DNA of 38,599 nt from Planctomycetes bacterium UBA4800 (GTDB taxonomy: Bacteria > Planctomycetota > UBA8108 > UBA8890 > UBA8898). The notes below the pieces were generated by a model. That model was not told the origin of the DNA, did not search any database, and saw nothing but the letters and a program-made list of their open reading frames with translations. The DNA is taken from NCBI GenBank assembly GCA_002402755.1, contig DHGK01000125.1:7822-46420 (forward strand), in the 5' to 3' direction. Both the position numbers and the translations under genes were made by a program. Positions 1 to 8,676 of the stretch are shown piece by piece (the stretch's first letter is position 1; each line of letters begins with the position of its first letter).

Positions 1-1643
1 TCGGGCGTGGAGTCGAATCCCGAGGGGAACGTGAGGTTGAGCGTGTCCATCTCCTTCTTGAGCGCGGCAAGCTGCTCCGGGATGTTATCGGCCCCTCTCG
101 GGAACGCCACGCTGACGACCGCGAAGGGGCCCGCGTCCTGCCCGTACTTCTCGTACTGCTGCTGGAGATAGAGGAGCGCGGGCTCGGCGCGCGGAGAGTT
201 GTAGGTGCGGAAGATGATGGCGATGACCTTGCCCTGGTTCTCCGCAAGGGAGAACGCCCGGTCGCCGGCCCAGTGTTTCGCGAGGGCAAGCTCGGGGGCC
301 GGATTCATGATCCTGGCCTGCAGGACGTCGAACAGGTACTGGCTGCGCTGGGCGTGGACCTGGAGCGGCGGCGGCAGCGGCTTCCCGTAGTCCTTGACGA
401 ACTCCAGGTGCTGCCTGAAGTAATCCTTGGCCTGCTCGTAGCGCAGCAGCGCGAAGGTCACGTACCCGAGCCTGAAGAGGGCCCATTCGGCGTAGGTGCG
501 GTAGCCGTTGCGCTCGAATTCGCCGCGCGCCGGATCGTTCCCGCGCTGCGTGAAGATCGGCATGTACTTGAGCCACAGGGCCTCGGCGTCCTCGAGCTTG
601 CCGGTCGCGACCAGCGCCTTGAAGTGAAAGTCGGCGATGTGCGGAAAGAACTTGGTGTTGTCGCACGCGGCCATGCCCCGGCGGCCGAGCGCCTGGGCCT
701 TCTCGGGAAGCTCGGCGTACAGGTAGTGCTGGATCGCGGCCATGTACGAGAGGCCGCTCTTGACGTCATCGGAGCCCGGCCACGCGGCGATGTGCGCCGC
801 GTAGAGATCCGCGGCCTTGGCCGGCTGGCCCACGGACGAGAACGCATCGGCCTTGATCTTGAGCGTGCGCTCCTTGAAGGTCTCGGGGAGGGCCGCGTCC
901 TTCTCGAGCATCTCGAGGAGCCCGAAGATCCGCTCGAAGAAGGCATCGCGGAACGCGTCGCGTTCCTGGATCGTCGGCTTGGCGCCGTGCGTGCGCTCGA
1001 AGGCGTCCGCCCAGTCCTTCGCCGCGACGTCGACGTTGAGGAAAAGGAGCCGCATCAGGTAGAAACGCGCCTCGCTGATGTCCTTCGACTGCGGGTAGGC
1101 CGCGGTGAAGCGCTCGGCTTCCTCGATGCCGATCGCGACGTTCACCTTGAGCATCTCGATCTTCTCCCTGGAAAGGTCCTGGAGCGCGGAGGGAACGCCT
1201 CCGAGCAGCGCCCGCAGGTAGGCGATGCCGATCGGCTCGCGCCGCAGCGCGATCGTCTTCAGGATGTCCTCCAGCTCGGCCTTCTGCACGGAGTCGACCG
1301 CGGACCCCAGGAGACGTTGCGCCGCGGCGTGCGCGCCGCGCGCCTTGGCGCGCAGCGCGTCGCACGCGCGGAAGGGATCTCCCCCGTCCGGGGATGGCGC
1401 GAACGCAGGCGGGATCTCGGCGAGCGTCCGCTTCAGCTCGTCCAGGGTGTCGATGCGGGGCTCCGGCGGAGGCACGGTCTGGGCGGCCGAGTCCGCCGCG
1501 GCCGGCGCGGGCGAGGCCGATGCAGGGGCCGCGGCGGCCGCCGCGGGCGCGGGGGCTTCACGCGGGGCTTCGGCGCCGGACGCCGAGTTGTTCCAGCAGG
1601 CAACGACCAGCAACGCCGACAGCGCGAGCACGAATCGACACAT
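1..1643 (-). CDS. Predicted lipoprotein with TPR-like helical region and C-terminal thioredoxin-fold (TlpA/redoxin-like) domain lacking CXXC; 3' end runs off the window
   Basis: Absent from the supplied ORF track, presumably because it is edge-truncated. My own minus-strand translation from the ATG at 1643..1641 gives MCRFVLALSALLVVACWNNSASGAEAP... (signal peptide with a lipobox-like VVAC). The frame stays open to position 1 with GC3-rich codons. It ends ...WAGDRAFSLAENQGKVIAIIFRTYNSPRAEPALLYLQQQYEKYGQDAGPFAVVSVAF...LNLTFPSGFDSTP, which has the spacing of TlpA/ResA-type redoxins. Confidence 0.75.
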   Translation of the reverse strand, partial: MCRFVLALSALLVVACWNNSASGAEAPREAPAPAAAAAAPASASPAPAAADSAAQTVPPPEPRIDTLDELKRTLAEIPPAFAPSPDGGDPFRACDALRAKARGAHAAAQRLLGSAVDSVQKAELEDILKTIALRREPIGIAYLRALLGGVPSALQDLSREKIEMLKVNVAIGIEEAERFTAAYPQSKDISEARFYLMRLLFLNVDVAAKDWADAFERTHGAKPTIQERDAFRDAFFERIFGLLEMLEKDAALPETFKERTLKIKADAFSSVGQPAKAADLYAAHIAAWPGSDDVKSGLSYMAAIQHYLYAELPEKAQALGRRGMAACDNTKFFPHIADFHFKALVATGKLEDAEALWLKYMPIFTQRGNDPARGEFERNGYRTYAEWALFRLGYVTFALLRYEQAKDYFRQHLEFVKDYGKPLPPPLQVHAQRSQYLFDVLQARIMNPAPELALAKHWAGDRAFSLAENQGKVIAIIFRTYNSPRAEPALLYLQQQYEKYGQDAGPFAVVSVAFPRGADNIPEQLAALKKEMDTLNLTFPSGFDSTP

Positions 1644-1800
1644 GGGCGGCAACGGCTCCTTTCCGGAAGCAGGACATACGCAGGAACTCGCCGCGGGCGG
1701 CGCCCGCGGCCCGAGAGCCCCCGCGGCGGCTGCAACCGCCGCGCGCTCCTCGGGTCCAGACCCGAGAAGTATACAACCTTGCGCGCGTGCGGCCTCGGCT

Positions 1801-1806
1801 ATTATA
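1801..1806 (-). promoter_or_regulatory. Candidate -10 box (TATAAT on minus strand) for the lipoprotein gene
   Basis: The plus strand reads attata at 1801-1806, which is a perfect TATAAT on the minus strand. It lies about 150 nt upstream of the ATG at 1643, in the divergent intergenic region. The -35 region is only weakly consensus (CTTACC/TTACCT). Confidence 0.35.
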
Positions 1807-2028
1807 GTCGCCGCCCGGGTGCAGGTAAGTTTCATGGCTTTTTTTGCGCGGAAGGCCCGCCGGGCGGCGCATGCGGGAGCCCCGCGCGGGGAGCGCGCGC
1901 GTGCGGGGCGCGACGCCGCGGCAGGCATCCTTTCTTGACGGCGGCGGCGCGGGCACTGGCAACCGGACCGCATACCGGTAAAATTCGTGACGGCGCGGGG
2001 CACGGTCGCCGCGCGCCGGGAGGTGGCG

Positions 2029-2577
2029 ATGGGAGCCTGCCGCCGCAGAGCGCTTTTTCCCGGAACGTTCGATCCGCCGACGTGCGGGCACCGCGAGATC
2101 ATCGTGAAGGCGGCGCCGCTGTTCGACGAGCTGATCGTCGCGGTCGCGGTGAATCCCGGCAAGCGGCCGTTGTTCACGGCGAAGGAGCGCGTACAGATGC
2201 TGGAGCGCATCGCGGCGCCGCTCGGGTGCGTGCGCGCGGCCTCGTACGCCGGGCTCACGGCGGACTTCGCCCGCGCCGAGGGCGTGCAGGCGCTCGTCCG
2301 CGGCCTGCGGTCCTGCGAGGACCTCGCCGCCGAGCGGGAGCTTGCGCTCGGCAACGAGGCGCTGGGCTCGGGGCTCCCGACGATCTTCCTCCTGGCGTCG
2401 GGCGCCGGCGCGCAGGTACGCTCGCATCTCGTCAGGGAGATGATCGCCGCGGGCGAGCTGGAGGCCGCGGAAGCGTTCGTGCCCGAGGAAACGCGCGATC
2501 TCCTGCGCGCGTTCGTGACGCGCCGGCTGCGGCGGGCCGGCGGCCGGAGACGCGCGCGGCCGCCCCGCCGGGGATGA
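2029..2577 (+). CDS. coaD: Phosphopantetheine adenylyltransferase
   Basis: ALFPGTFDPPTCGHREII matches the nucleotidyltransferase (T/H)xGH signature of PPAT, and the rest of the protein also reads like PPAT. I prefer the ATG at 2029 (GGAGG 5 nt upstream) over the GTG at 1987. The protein has an Arg-rich C-terminal tail. Confidence 0.9.
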   Translation: MGACRRRALFPGTFDPPTCGHREIIVKAAPLFDELIVAVAVNPGKRPLFTAKERVQMLERIAAPLGCVRAASYAGLTADFARAEGVQALVRGLRSCEDLAAERELALGNEALGSGLPTIFLLASGAGAQVRSHLVREMIAAGELEAAEAFVPEETRDLLRAFVTRRLRRAGGRRRARPPRRG

Positions 2578-2603
2578 GGACGCCGAGGAGACGGAGATTC
2601 GCC

Positions 2604-2981
2604 ATGCGCGAGATCGCGACTGACAAGGCCCCGAAGGCGATCGGCCCGTACAGCCAGGCGATCGACGCGGGCGCGCTCGTGTTCCTGTCGGGCCAGATTG
2701 CGCTGGATCCCGCGACGGGGCAGCTCCGGAGCGGCGGTATCCGCGCGCAGGCGGCGCAGGTCCTCGCGAACATCGACGCGGTGCTCGCGGGCGCCGGGCT
2801 GGCGCGGCGCAACGTCGTCAAGACGACCGTGTTCCTGGCGGACATGGCGGACTTCGCGGCGCTGAACGAGGCGTACGCCGAGTTCTTCGGCGACGTGCGG
2901 CCCGCCCGGAGCACGGTGCAGGCGGCGGCGCTGCCCAGGGGCGCGCTCGTCGAGATCGAGGCCGTGGCCTCGCGCGCGTGA
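2604..2981 (+). CDS. ridA: RidA/YjgF family reactive-intermediate deaminase
   Basis: MREIATDKAPKAIGPYSQAIDAGALVFLSGQIALDP...VKTTVFLADMADFAALNEAYAEFF...ARSTVQAAALPRGALVEIEAVA is a textbook YjgF/RidA sequence. It is the only real coding part of the 902-aa track ORF 273..2981. Confidence 0.92.
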   Translation: MREIATDKAPKAIGPYSQAIDAGALVFLSGQIALDPATGQLRSGGIRAQAAQVLANIDAVLAGAGLARRNVVKTTVFLADMADFAALNEAYAEFFGDVRPARSTVQAAALPRGALVEIEAVASRA

Positions 2982-2985
2982 CGCG

Positions 2986-4251
2986 ATGGCCGCGGACCCG
3001 GCGGAGATGCCCCTTGACGGCGAGCCGCCGGCGTTCGCCGTGCGGTCGCTCGGGTGCCGCGTCAACCAGTACGAGAGCCGCGCGCTTGCCGGCGCGCTGG
3101 CCGGGGCCGGCTGGCGGGAGACCGATGCGGCCGCCGCATCGCACGTGATCGTCAACGTGTGCGCCGTGACGGAGAAGGGCAGCCGCAAGGCGCGCAGGCT
3201 CGTTCGGTTCCTGTGCCGCGCGGCGCCGCGGCGGCGCGTCTACGTCATGGGTTGCGCGACGGCGCACGACCGGGCCGCGTATCTCGCGCTGCCGCAGGTG
3301 CGCGCGGTGGTCCCGCCGCCGGCGCGCGACGCGATGGCGAGGATCATCGCGGGGTGCGCGGGCGGGGATGCGCTCCGGTCGTTCGGGGCCAGGACGCGCG
3401 CGTACGTGAAGATCCAGGACGGCTGCAGCCGCGCGTGCACGTACTGCATCGTGCCGCTCCTGCGCGGCCCGTCGCGCAGCCGTCCCGCCGGCGACGTCGC
3501 GGCCGAGTGCCGCGCGCTGCTCGCGGGCGGCGCGCCCGAGATCTGGATCGCCGGCACCCACCTGGACGAGTGGGCGGGCGGCCTCCCCGCGCTGCTGGAC
3601 AGCATCGGGCCGCTGTTCGACGGCGTGTCGGCGCGGGCGCGGCTGGGGTCGATCGGCATCGAAGCGCTCACCGAGCCGCTGCTCGCCGCGGCGGCGCGCC
3701 ACGCCGGCATCTGCCGCCACTTCCACATCTCGCTCCAGAGCGGGTCGGCGCGGATCCGCCGCCGCATGGGCAGGCGCTGCGGGCCCGACGAGATCCGCGC
3801 GCGCATCGCGCGGTGCCGCGAGGCGCTTCCCGGAGCGACGTTCACCGGCGACATCCTCGTCGGGTTCCCGGGCGAGGAGGAGGAGGATTTCGCCGCCACG
3901 GCCGCGCTGTGCCGCGAGATCGGGTTCGTGAAGATGCACGTGTTTCCGTTCAGCCCGCGGCCCGGCACGCCGGCGGCAGGTTTTTCCGGCCGGCCGGCCG
4001 CCGCGGAGACGGCGTCGCGATGCGCGCGCCTCGCCGCGCTCGAGCGGGAGCTCTTCGCGCTGCAGGCCGGCGCGCTGGTCGGGCGGACGCTCGCGGTCGT
4101 CGTCGAACGCGCGGGCGCGGCCGCGGAGGGCTTCTCCGAGGAGTACGTGCGCGTGCGGTTCGCGCCGGGGGCGGTCCGGAAGGGCGCGATCGCGCGCGTG
4201 CGGGCGGCGGACTTGCGCCCGGGGTTCCTGTGGGGTGAAATCGTGGCGTGA
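2986..4251 (+). CDS. mtaB: Radical-SAM methylthiotransferase, MiaB/RimO family, MtaB-like
   Basis: N-terminal LGCRVNQYESRAL (MTTase N-domain, MtaB-like spelling). Radical-SAM cluster motif CSRACTYC within QDGCSRACTYCIVPLLRG. The TRAM-like C-terminus reads GRTLAVVVER...EEYVRVRF. Confidence 0.8.
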   Translation: MAADPAEMPLDGEPPAFAVRSLGCRVNQYESRALAGALAGAGWRETDAAAASHVIVNVCAVTEKGSRKARRLVRFLCRAAPRRRVYVMGCATAHDRAAYLALPQVRAVVPPPARDAMARIIAGCAGGDALRSFGARTRAYVKIQDGCSRACTYCIVPLLRGPSRSRPAGDVAAECRALLAGGAPEIWIAGTHLDEWAGGLPALLDSIGPLFDGVSARARLGSIGIEALTEPLLAAAARHAGICRHFHISLQSGSARIRRRMGRRCGPDEIRARIARCREALPGATFTGDILVGFPGEEEEDFAATAALCREIGFVKMHVFPFSPRPGTPAAGFSGRPAAAETASRCARLAALERELFALQAGALVGRTLAVVVERAGAAAEGFSEEYVRVRFAPGAVRKGAIARVRAADLRPGFLWGEIVA

Positions 4252-5033
4252 ACGGAGCGCCGCGGCGAACGGCGGCGCGGGCGAGGGACGGCGGCGGCTT
4301 CTCGCGAGGCTCGGTGCGAAGCATGGTGACGCGCAGGTTGCTCGACAGGTTGTGGGCCGAGGGCGCGGCGGGGCGGTCGTGGTGCCGCGTGCGGCGGGCG
4401 GTGCGGCCGGCGGCGCCGGAGCGGCGCGGGGAGCCGGCGCCCGAGCAACGCGCCGTGCCGCCGCCCGCGGGCGCCGAGCCTTCCGATTCGCTCGAGGCCA
4501 TTGCCGCCGAGGCGGCCGCGTGCACTCGGTGCAGGCTGGGGGCGCTGCGAACGCATGCGGTGCCGGGCGAGGGCGCCCGCTTCCCGCGCATCGTCTTCGT
4601 GGGCGAGGCGCCCGGGGAGGACGAGGACCGGCAGGGGCGTCCGTTCGTCGGCCGCGCCGGCGCGCTCCTCACGCGAATGATCGCCGCGATGGGCTTCTCG
4701 CGTGAACAGGTATTCATTGCCAACGTGCTCAAATGCCGGCCGCCCGGAAATCGGTCGCCGGAGCCCGACGAGATCGCGGCCTGCAAGGACTATCTGCGGC
4801 GGCAGCTCGCGCTGCTTGCCCCCGAAGTGATCGTGCCGCTCGGCGCGCACGCGGCGCGGTGGATGCTCGGGGACACGGTGACGATCAGCCGGGTGAGGGG
4901 CCGCGTCCATGTGTATGGGGCGGCGAAGGTTGTTCCCACGTTCCACCCCAGCTATCTCCTCCGCAAGCCCGAGGAGAAGGGGAAGGCCTGGGAGGACCTC
5001 CAGACTGCAATGCGGCTCCTCGGATTGCGGTGA
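4248..5033 (+). CDS. Uracil-DNA glycosylase, family 4, with Arg-rich N-terminal extension
   Basis: CTRCRL...VPGEG...IVFVGEAPGEDEDRQGRPFVGRAGALL...FIANVLKCRPPGNRSPEPDEIAACKDYL...PTFHPSYLLR are the family-4 UDG motifs. The GTG at 4248 overlaps the mtaB stop (GTGA). An internal ATG at 4323 is an alternative start. Confidence 0.85.
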   Translation: MNGAPRRTAARARDGGGFSRGSVRSMVTRRLLDRLWAEGAAGRSWCRVRRAVRPAAPERRGEPAPEQRAVPPPAGAEPSDSLEAIAAEAAACTRCRLGALRTHAVPGEGARFPRIVFVGEAPGEDEDRQGRPFVGRAGALLTRMIAAMGFSREQVFIANVLKCRPPGNRSPEPDEIAACKDYLRRQLALLAPEVIVPLGAHAARWMLGDTVTISRVRGRVHVYGAAKVVPTFHPSYLLRKPEEKGKAWEDLQTAMRLLGLR

Positions 5034-5119
5034 TTTCGGCGCCTCCGGGCGCGTTTCCGGTGCCGCCGGCCGAGCCCGGACTTACGTGCGCGCGGCCGCC
5101 GGCCCGCGCAACTGCCGGC

Positions 5120-5148
5120 TTGACCCGCAACTCCTGACGGCTTATAAT
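5120..5148 (+). promoter_or_regulatory. Sigma70-type consensus promoter (TTGACC-17 nt-TATAAT)
   Basis: TTGACC at 5120-5125, an exact 17-nt spacer, then TATAAT at 5143-5148. It sits in an AT-richer island in an otherwise GC-rich sequence, about 275 nt upstream of the pilM-like start. Confidence 0.65.
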
Positions 5149-5423
5149 CGAAACTCGTATTGACCGAGCCGCAGTACACTGTTCGAGAGAAGCAAGTAAC
5201 GGAGGAAAAGCCCAATGGGTTCGATCCCGATGCCGCGCGCTCGGCCGGGATGATCAGTTGTTGACTCCTTCCCCGATGCTTGCCCTCGCGGACGTATAGT
5301 GTACTGCGCCGGGGTGCGATTGTGCACCGAGCACTCTCGCCCGGCGAATGAGCGACGATGGCCCGCGCGCGCCGGGCGCGCGAAGGCGGAGAGCGAGACG
5401 AAGCCCAAGCAGTCGAGGTACTC

Positions 5424-7586
5424 ATGGCGGGTTTCAGCGCGGTCTGGAGCATCGATATCGGCAAGTTCGCCCTCAAGGCGGTCCACCTGCGCCGCGTCGG
5501 CATGCAGGTGGTTGTCCAGGGGACGGAGCGCATTGAGTACGACATCGGTCCGGAGGGCGTCGATTCCATCGGGGGCGCGAGGGAGGCCCTGCAGATCTTC
5601 ACCTCCCGCAATTCGATCCGCGACCCGTTCGTCGTCTGCCTGCCCGGGCAGGATACCCTCCCGCGGTTCATAAAGATCGTCGCCGACGACGAGAAGAAGC
5701 TCGAGGAACTGGTCAACTTCGAGGCGCGCCAGCAGATCCCGTTCGACATCCAGGAGGTCGTGTGGGACTGGCAGCTCGTGCCGCGCGACTACGCGGCCGG
5801 CCAGGAGCGGGAGATCGGCATCTTCGCCGCCCGGCGCGAGACCGTGGACGATCTCCTGCTGGAGCTCGGCGGCCACGGGATCCGCGGCCAGCAGGTGATC
5901 TGCGGCGACCTGGGGCTGCTCAACTTCGTCCTGTACGAGCTGAGGCCGAAGGCGCCGAGCGTGATCCTCGATGTCGGCGCCGACCACACGGCCCTGATCC
6001 TGGTCGACAACGGCGCGTTCTGGATCCGCGCGCTGCCGTTCTCGGGCAACCAGATCACCCGCGACCTGAGCCAGCGCTTCCGGCTCACGTTCGCGGAGGC
6101 CGAGCGCGTCAAGCGCCAGGCCGCCAAGAGCCCGCAGAAGGACAAGATCTTCGCGGCGCTGCAGAAGGTGCTCGGGGACTTCACGACCGAGGTGCAGCGC
6201 TCGGTCGCGTTCTACAGGCGCCAGATCGCCGAGACGAACTTCGAGACGGCGTACCTGCTCGGGCAGGGAAGCTTCACGCTGGGGCTCGGCCAGGTCGTCC
6301 AGGAGCGGCTCGGGTGGAAGGTGCAGCGCGTGGCGTCGCTGGCTCGGATGCGGCCCGCGGACGGCCTCGATGTGGCGGAGCTGAGGACGCAGCTCTCGTC
6401 GCTGGCTCCGGCGCTCGGCGCGGGGCTGCAGGGCCTGGGACTCGCCGCCACGAACGTCGACCTCATGCCGCACGAGCAGCAGGTGCAGCTCGCGTTCACG
6501 CGCAAGCGCAAGATGGTCTTCGTTGCCGGGGGCGTGCTCCTCGGCGCGCTCCTCGTGCTCGGCCGGGGGTACTCGAACAAGGCGGACGCGGCCAAGGAGT
6601 CGAACAGGGAGAGCGACAAGATCGTTGCGCAGCTCGACGGCGCCAGGAAACAGCTCGTCAAGACGAACGACATTCCGCTGCTGAAGGCCAAGATCGAGAC
6701 GCTCGCGCAGATCGGGCAGGAGCGCCAGTACTTCTCGGAGTCGCTGGCCGAGGTCAACAAGCTCTTCGCCGCCATCGAGAAGAGCGCGTACGATCGTCAG
6801 GCGCCGGGCAGGGTCACCACGCCCCTTGGGACCGAGAAGCCGCGCGCGCGCACGATCTTCATAGCGAAGCAGGAAGACGAGAACGACGCCCAGGCCGAAG
6901 CGCTGAACCGCATGGCGTCCGTGCACAAGCACATGGCATGGATGCTCTCGCTCGATGCGGCGCTGAAAGGCATCGAGACCGAGCGTACGGGCGCCGCCGC
7001 CGCGCGGGCGGCCGACGCCAGGGCGGCCGACAAGGCCAAGGCCGCCCCGCCGGCCCTGTCGTACGTCTTCACGCTCACGGGCGCCGTGCTCGCCCGCGAG
7101 ACCCCCGACGAGAGCCGCCGGTTCGTGGACTCCGTGGTGGTGGCGCCCTTGACGGCGGCCTTGCGCAAGAATCGGATTCTCGCCGGGCATGTCACGGCGG
7201 CGCCGAGGCTCCAGGTGCTCGACCAGACGGCGCTCGCCGAGCCCGCGTTCGATGATGACCGCCTGTTTGCGAAGAACTGGCTGCTCGTCGATCCGAAGCT
7301 GCTGCGCGATCAGGAGAAGGACAAGCGGGAGTCGCAGGCGGCCAGAGACGTCGGCCTGGCCGACGACGACAAGTACTACATGTTCAGCCTCAAGTGGACG
7401 GTCAGCGAGAAGGCGGCGGCGAAGGCCGCCGCCGCGGCGCCGGACGATGCCGCGGTCGCGCCGCCCGAGGAACCCGAAGAATCGCCCGCGGAGGGCCCGG
7501 CGGAGATTCCCGAGGAGGCCGCCGAGCCGGAGGCGCTCCTGCCGGAACCTCCCATGGAGGAGGCGGACGGCGCCGCCGAGGAGTAG
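5424..7586 (+). CDS. pilM: PilM-like actin-fold ATPase domain fused to a TM helix and PilN-like periplasmic domain (GspL-like topology), with acidic Pro/Glu/Ala tail
   Basis: N-terminus WSIDIGKFALKAV (phosphate-1), VILDVGADHTALILV (phosphate-2) and FEARQQIPF...VWDW are typical of PilM. Then comes the basic stretch plus TM helix RKRKMVFVAGGVLLGALLVLGRGY, a coiled-coil-like segment and a roughly 300-aa periplasmic part. The tail reads PPEEPEESPAEGPAEIPEEAAEPE. I prefer the ATG at 5424 over 5358. Confidence 0.8.
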   Translation: MAGFSAVWSIDIGKFALKAVHLRRVGMQVVVQGTERIEYDIGPEGVDSIGGAREALQIFTSRNSIRDPFVVCLPGQDTLPRFIKIVADDEKKLEELVNFEARQQIPFDIQEVVWDWQLVPRDYAAGQEREIGIFAARRETVDDLLLELGGHGIRGQQVICGDLGLLNFVLYELRPKAPSVILDVGADHTALILVDNGAFWIRALPFSGNQITRDLSQRFRLTFAEAERVKRQAAKSPQKDKIFAALQKVLGDFTTEVQRSVAFYRRQIAETNFETAYLLGQGSFTLGLGQVVQERLGWKVQRVASLARMRPADGLDVAELRTQLSSLAPALGAGLQGLGLAATNVDLMPHEQQVQLAFTRKRKMVFVAGGVLLGALLVLGRGYSNKADAAKESNRESDKIVAQLDGARKQLVKTNDIPLLKAKIETLAQIGQERQYFSESLAEVNKLFAAIEKSAYDRQAPGRVTTPLGTEKPRARTIFIAKQEDENDAQAEALNRMASVHKHMAWMLSLDAALKGIETERTGAAAARAADARAADKAKAAPPALSYVFTLTGAVLARETPDESRRFVDSVVVAPLTAALRKNRILAGHVTAAPRLQVLDQTALAEPAFDDDRLFAKNWLLVDPKLLRDQEKDKRESQAARDVGLADDDKYYMFSLKWTVSEKAAAKAAAAAPDDAAVAPPEEPEESPAEGPAEIPEEAAEPEALLPEPPMEEADGAAEE

Positions 7587-7592
7587 GTCACC

Positions 7593-8654
7593 ATGGAGAG
7601 CTTGAAGAAGAACGGATTCCTGGTCGGCGTGATCGCCATGGTCATCGGGATCGGGGTCTTCGCCTACTTCGTCAGTTGGAGCTGGGGCATCAGCAAGTAC
7701 CACAGCCTTCAGCGCGAGGTCTCGAAGAACGAGAGCTCGCTCGGCGCCTACGCCAAGATGAAGCCCGAGGATCTTCCCACCGATCGCAAGCTCGAGAACG
7801 ACACCGAGCTTCAGACGGCGCTGCGGGGGATTCTCGCCGACGTCGAGCGGTTCTACACCGAGCGCGTCGAGAAGCTTGTACGCCTGCAGCTCGTCAAGGG
7901 CGGCGAGACGTTCACGGCGAGGGATGACGCGGCGTTCGGCTCCGCGTTCAACACGGCGCTCGACGAGCTGAACAAGAAGTACGCCGAGGTCCGCGCCGAG
8001 TACGTGAAGCGCGTGTACCCGGCGCACGTGGCCGCGAATCCCGAGGCGGCGCAGGCGCAGCCGAGGATCTCGTTGAGCCCGACGATCTCGAGCAACGAGG
8101 CCGATCTGGTCGAGGCGGCGCAGATGTGCCGCGTGACGACCGCGCTCATCGCGGCGGCGACCGAGGCGCGGTGGGGCGGACTCACGTCCGTCGTCTTCGA
8201 GAAGAAGAAGACGACGAAAGCGGCGGAGGAGAGATCCAGGACCCCGCGCGCGGCGGAAACCGCGAAGAAGGGCCCCGCGATGACCGGCAAGGGGGGCAAA
8301 TCCGCGACAAAGGAGGAACCGCCCCCCGTCGTTCCCGAGTACAGCGCCCGGGACCTGTACGAGCGCGTGAAGCTGACGGCGGCGGGCGAGATCCGGTTCG
8401 AGGACATCGGCCCGTTCCTGCACGCCCTGGAGCTGCGCGCGCAGGATGCGGACGACCCCGTGTTCTTCGTCGTCGATGAGTGCGTGCTGACCAAGCAGAA
8501 GGATCGGCTGCTCAAGCCGCTCTACAAGGCGCAGGAGCCGTTCCAGAAGCTCGACGATGCGAAGCAGGCGCCGCCGGACTTCGAGGTCAAGCTGCCCACG
8601 GCCACGATGCGGCTCACCCTGAGCGTGTTGAAATACAGAGGATTCGCCCAGTAG
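7593..8654 (+). CDS. Bitopic membrane protein, positional analogue of PilO/GspM
   Basis: GAGGAG lies 9 nt upstream of the ATG. The N-terminal TM helix is FLVGVIAMVIGIGVFAYFVSW, followed by a helical and then a mixed periplasmic domain. There is an internal Lys/Thr/Ala-rich basic stretch (EKKKTTKAAEERSRTPRAAETAKKGPAMTGKGGKSATK). The functional call rests on position and topology only. Confidence 0.55.
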   Translation: MESLKKNGFLVGVIAMVIGIGVFAYFVSWSWGISKYHSLQREVSKNESSLGAYAKMKPEDLPTDRKLENDTELQTALRGILADVERFYTERVEKLVRLQLVKGGETFTARDDAAFGSAFNTALDELNKKYAEVRAEYVKRVYPAHVAANPEAAQAQPRISLSPTISSNEADLVEAAQMCRVTTALIAAATEARWGGLTSVVFEKKKTTKAAEERSRTPRAAETAKKGPAMTGKGGKSATKEEPPPVVPEYSARDLYERVKLTAAGEIRFEDIGPFLHALELRAQDADDPVFFVVDECVLTKQKDRLLKPLYKAQEPFQKLDDAKQAPPDFEVKLPTATMRLTLSVLKYRGFAQ

Positions 8655-8676
8655 CGTACGAGCGTGAGGAGCAAGC

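Noticed and set aside
273-2981. 902-aa plus-strand ORF spanning the first 2.7 kb
   Set aside because: Most of it is Arg/Gly/Ala-rich low-complexity read-through lying opposite or across real genes (the minus-strand lipoprotein and coaD). Only the last 125 codons (2604-2981) form a recognisable protein, RidA.
5034-5070. Possible terminator after udg (gcgcc-tccg-ggcgc followed by gtttcc)
   Set aside because: The stem is only 5 bp and the T-run is very short. It is not distinguishable from background.
5205-5235. tRNA-like T-arm sequence gggttcgatccc in the pilM leader
   Set aside because: I could not build an acceptor stem, D-arm or anticodon arm around it, and there is no 3' CCA context. I treat it as part of the leader structure, not a tRNA or tmRNA.
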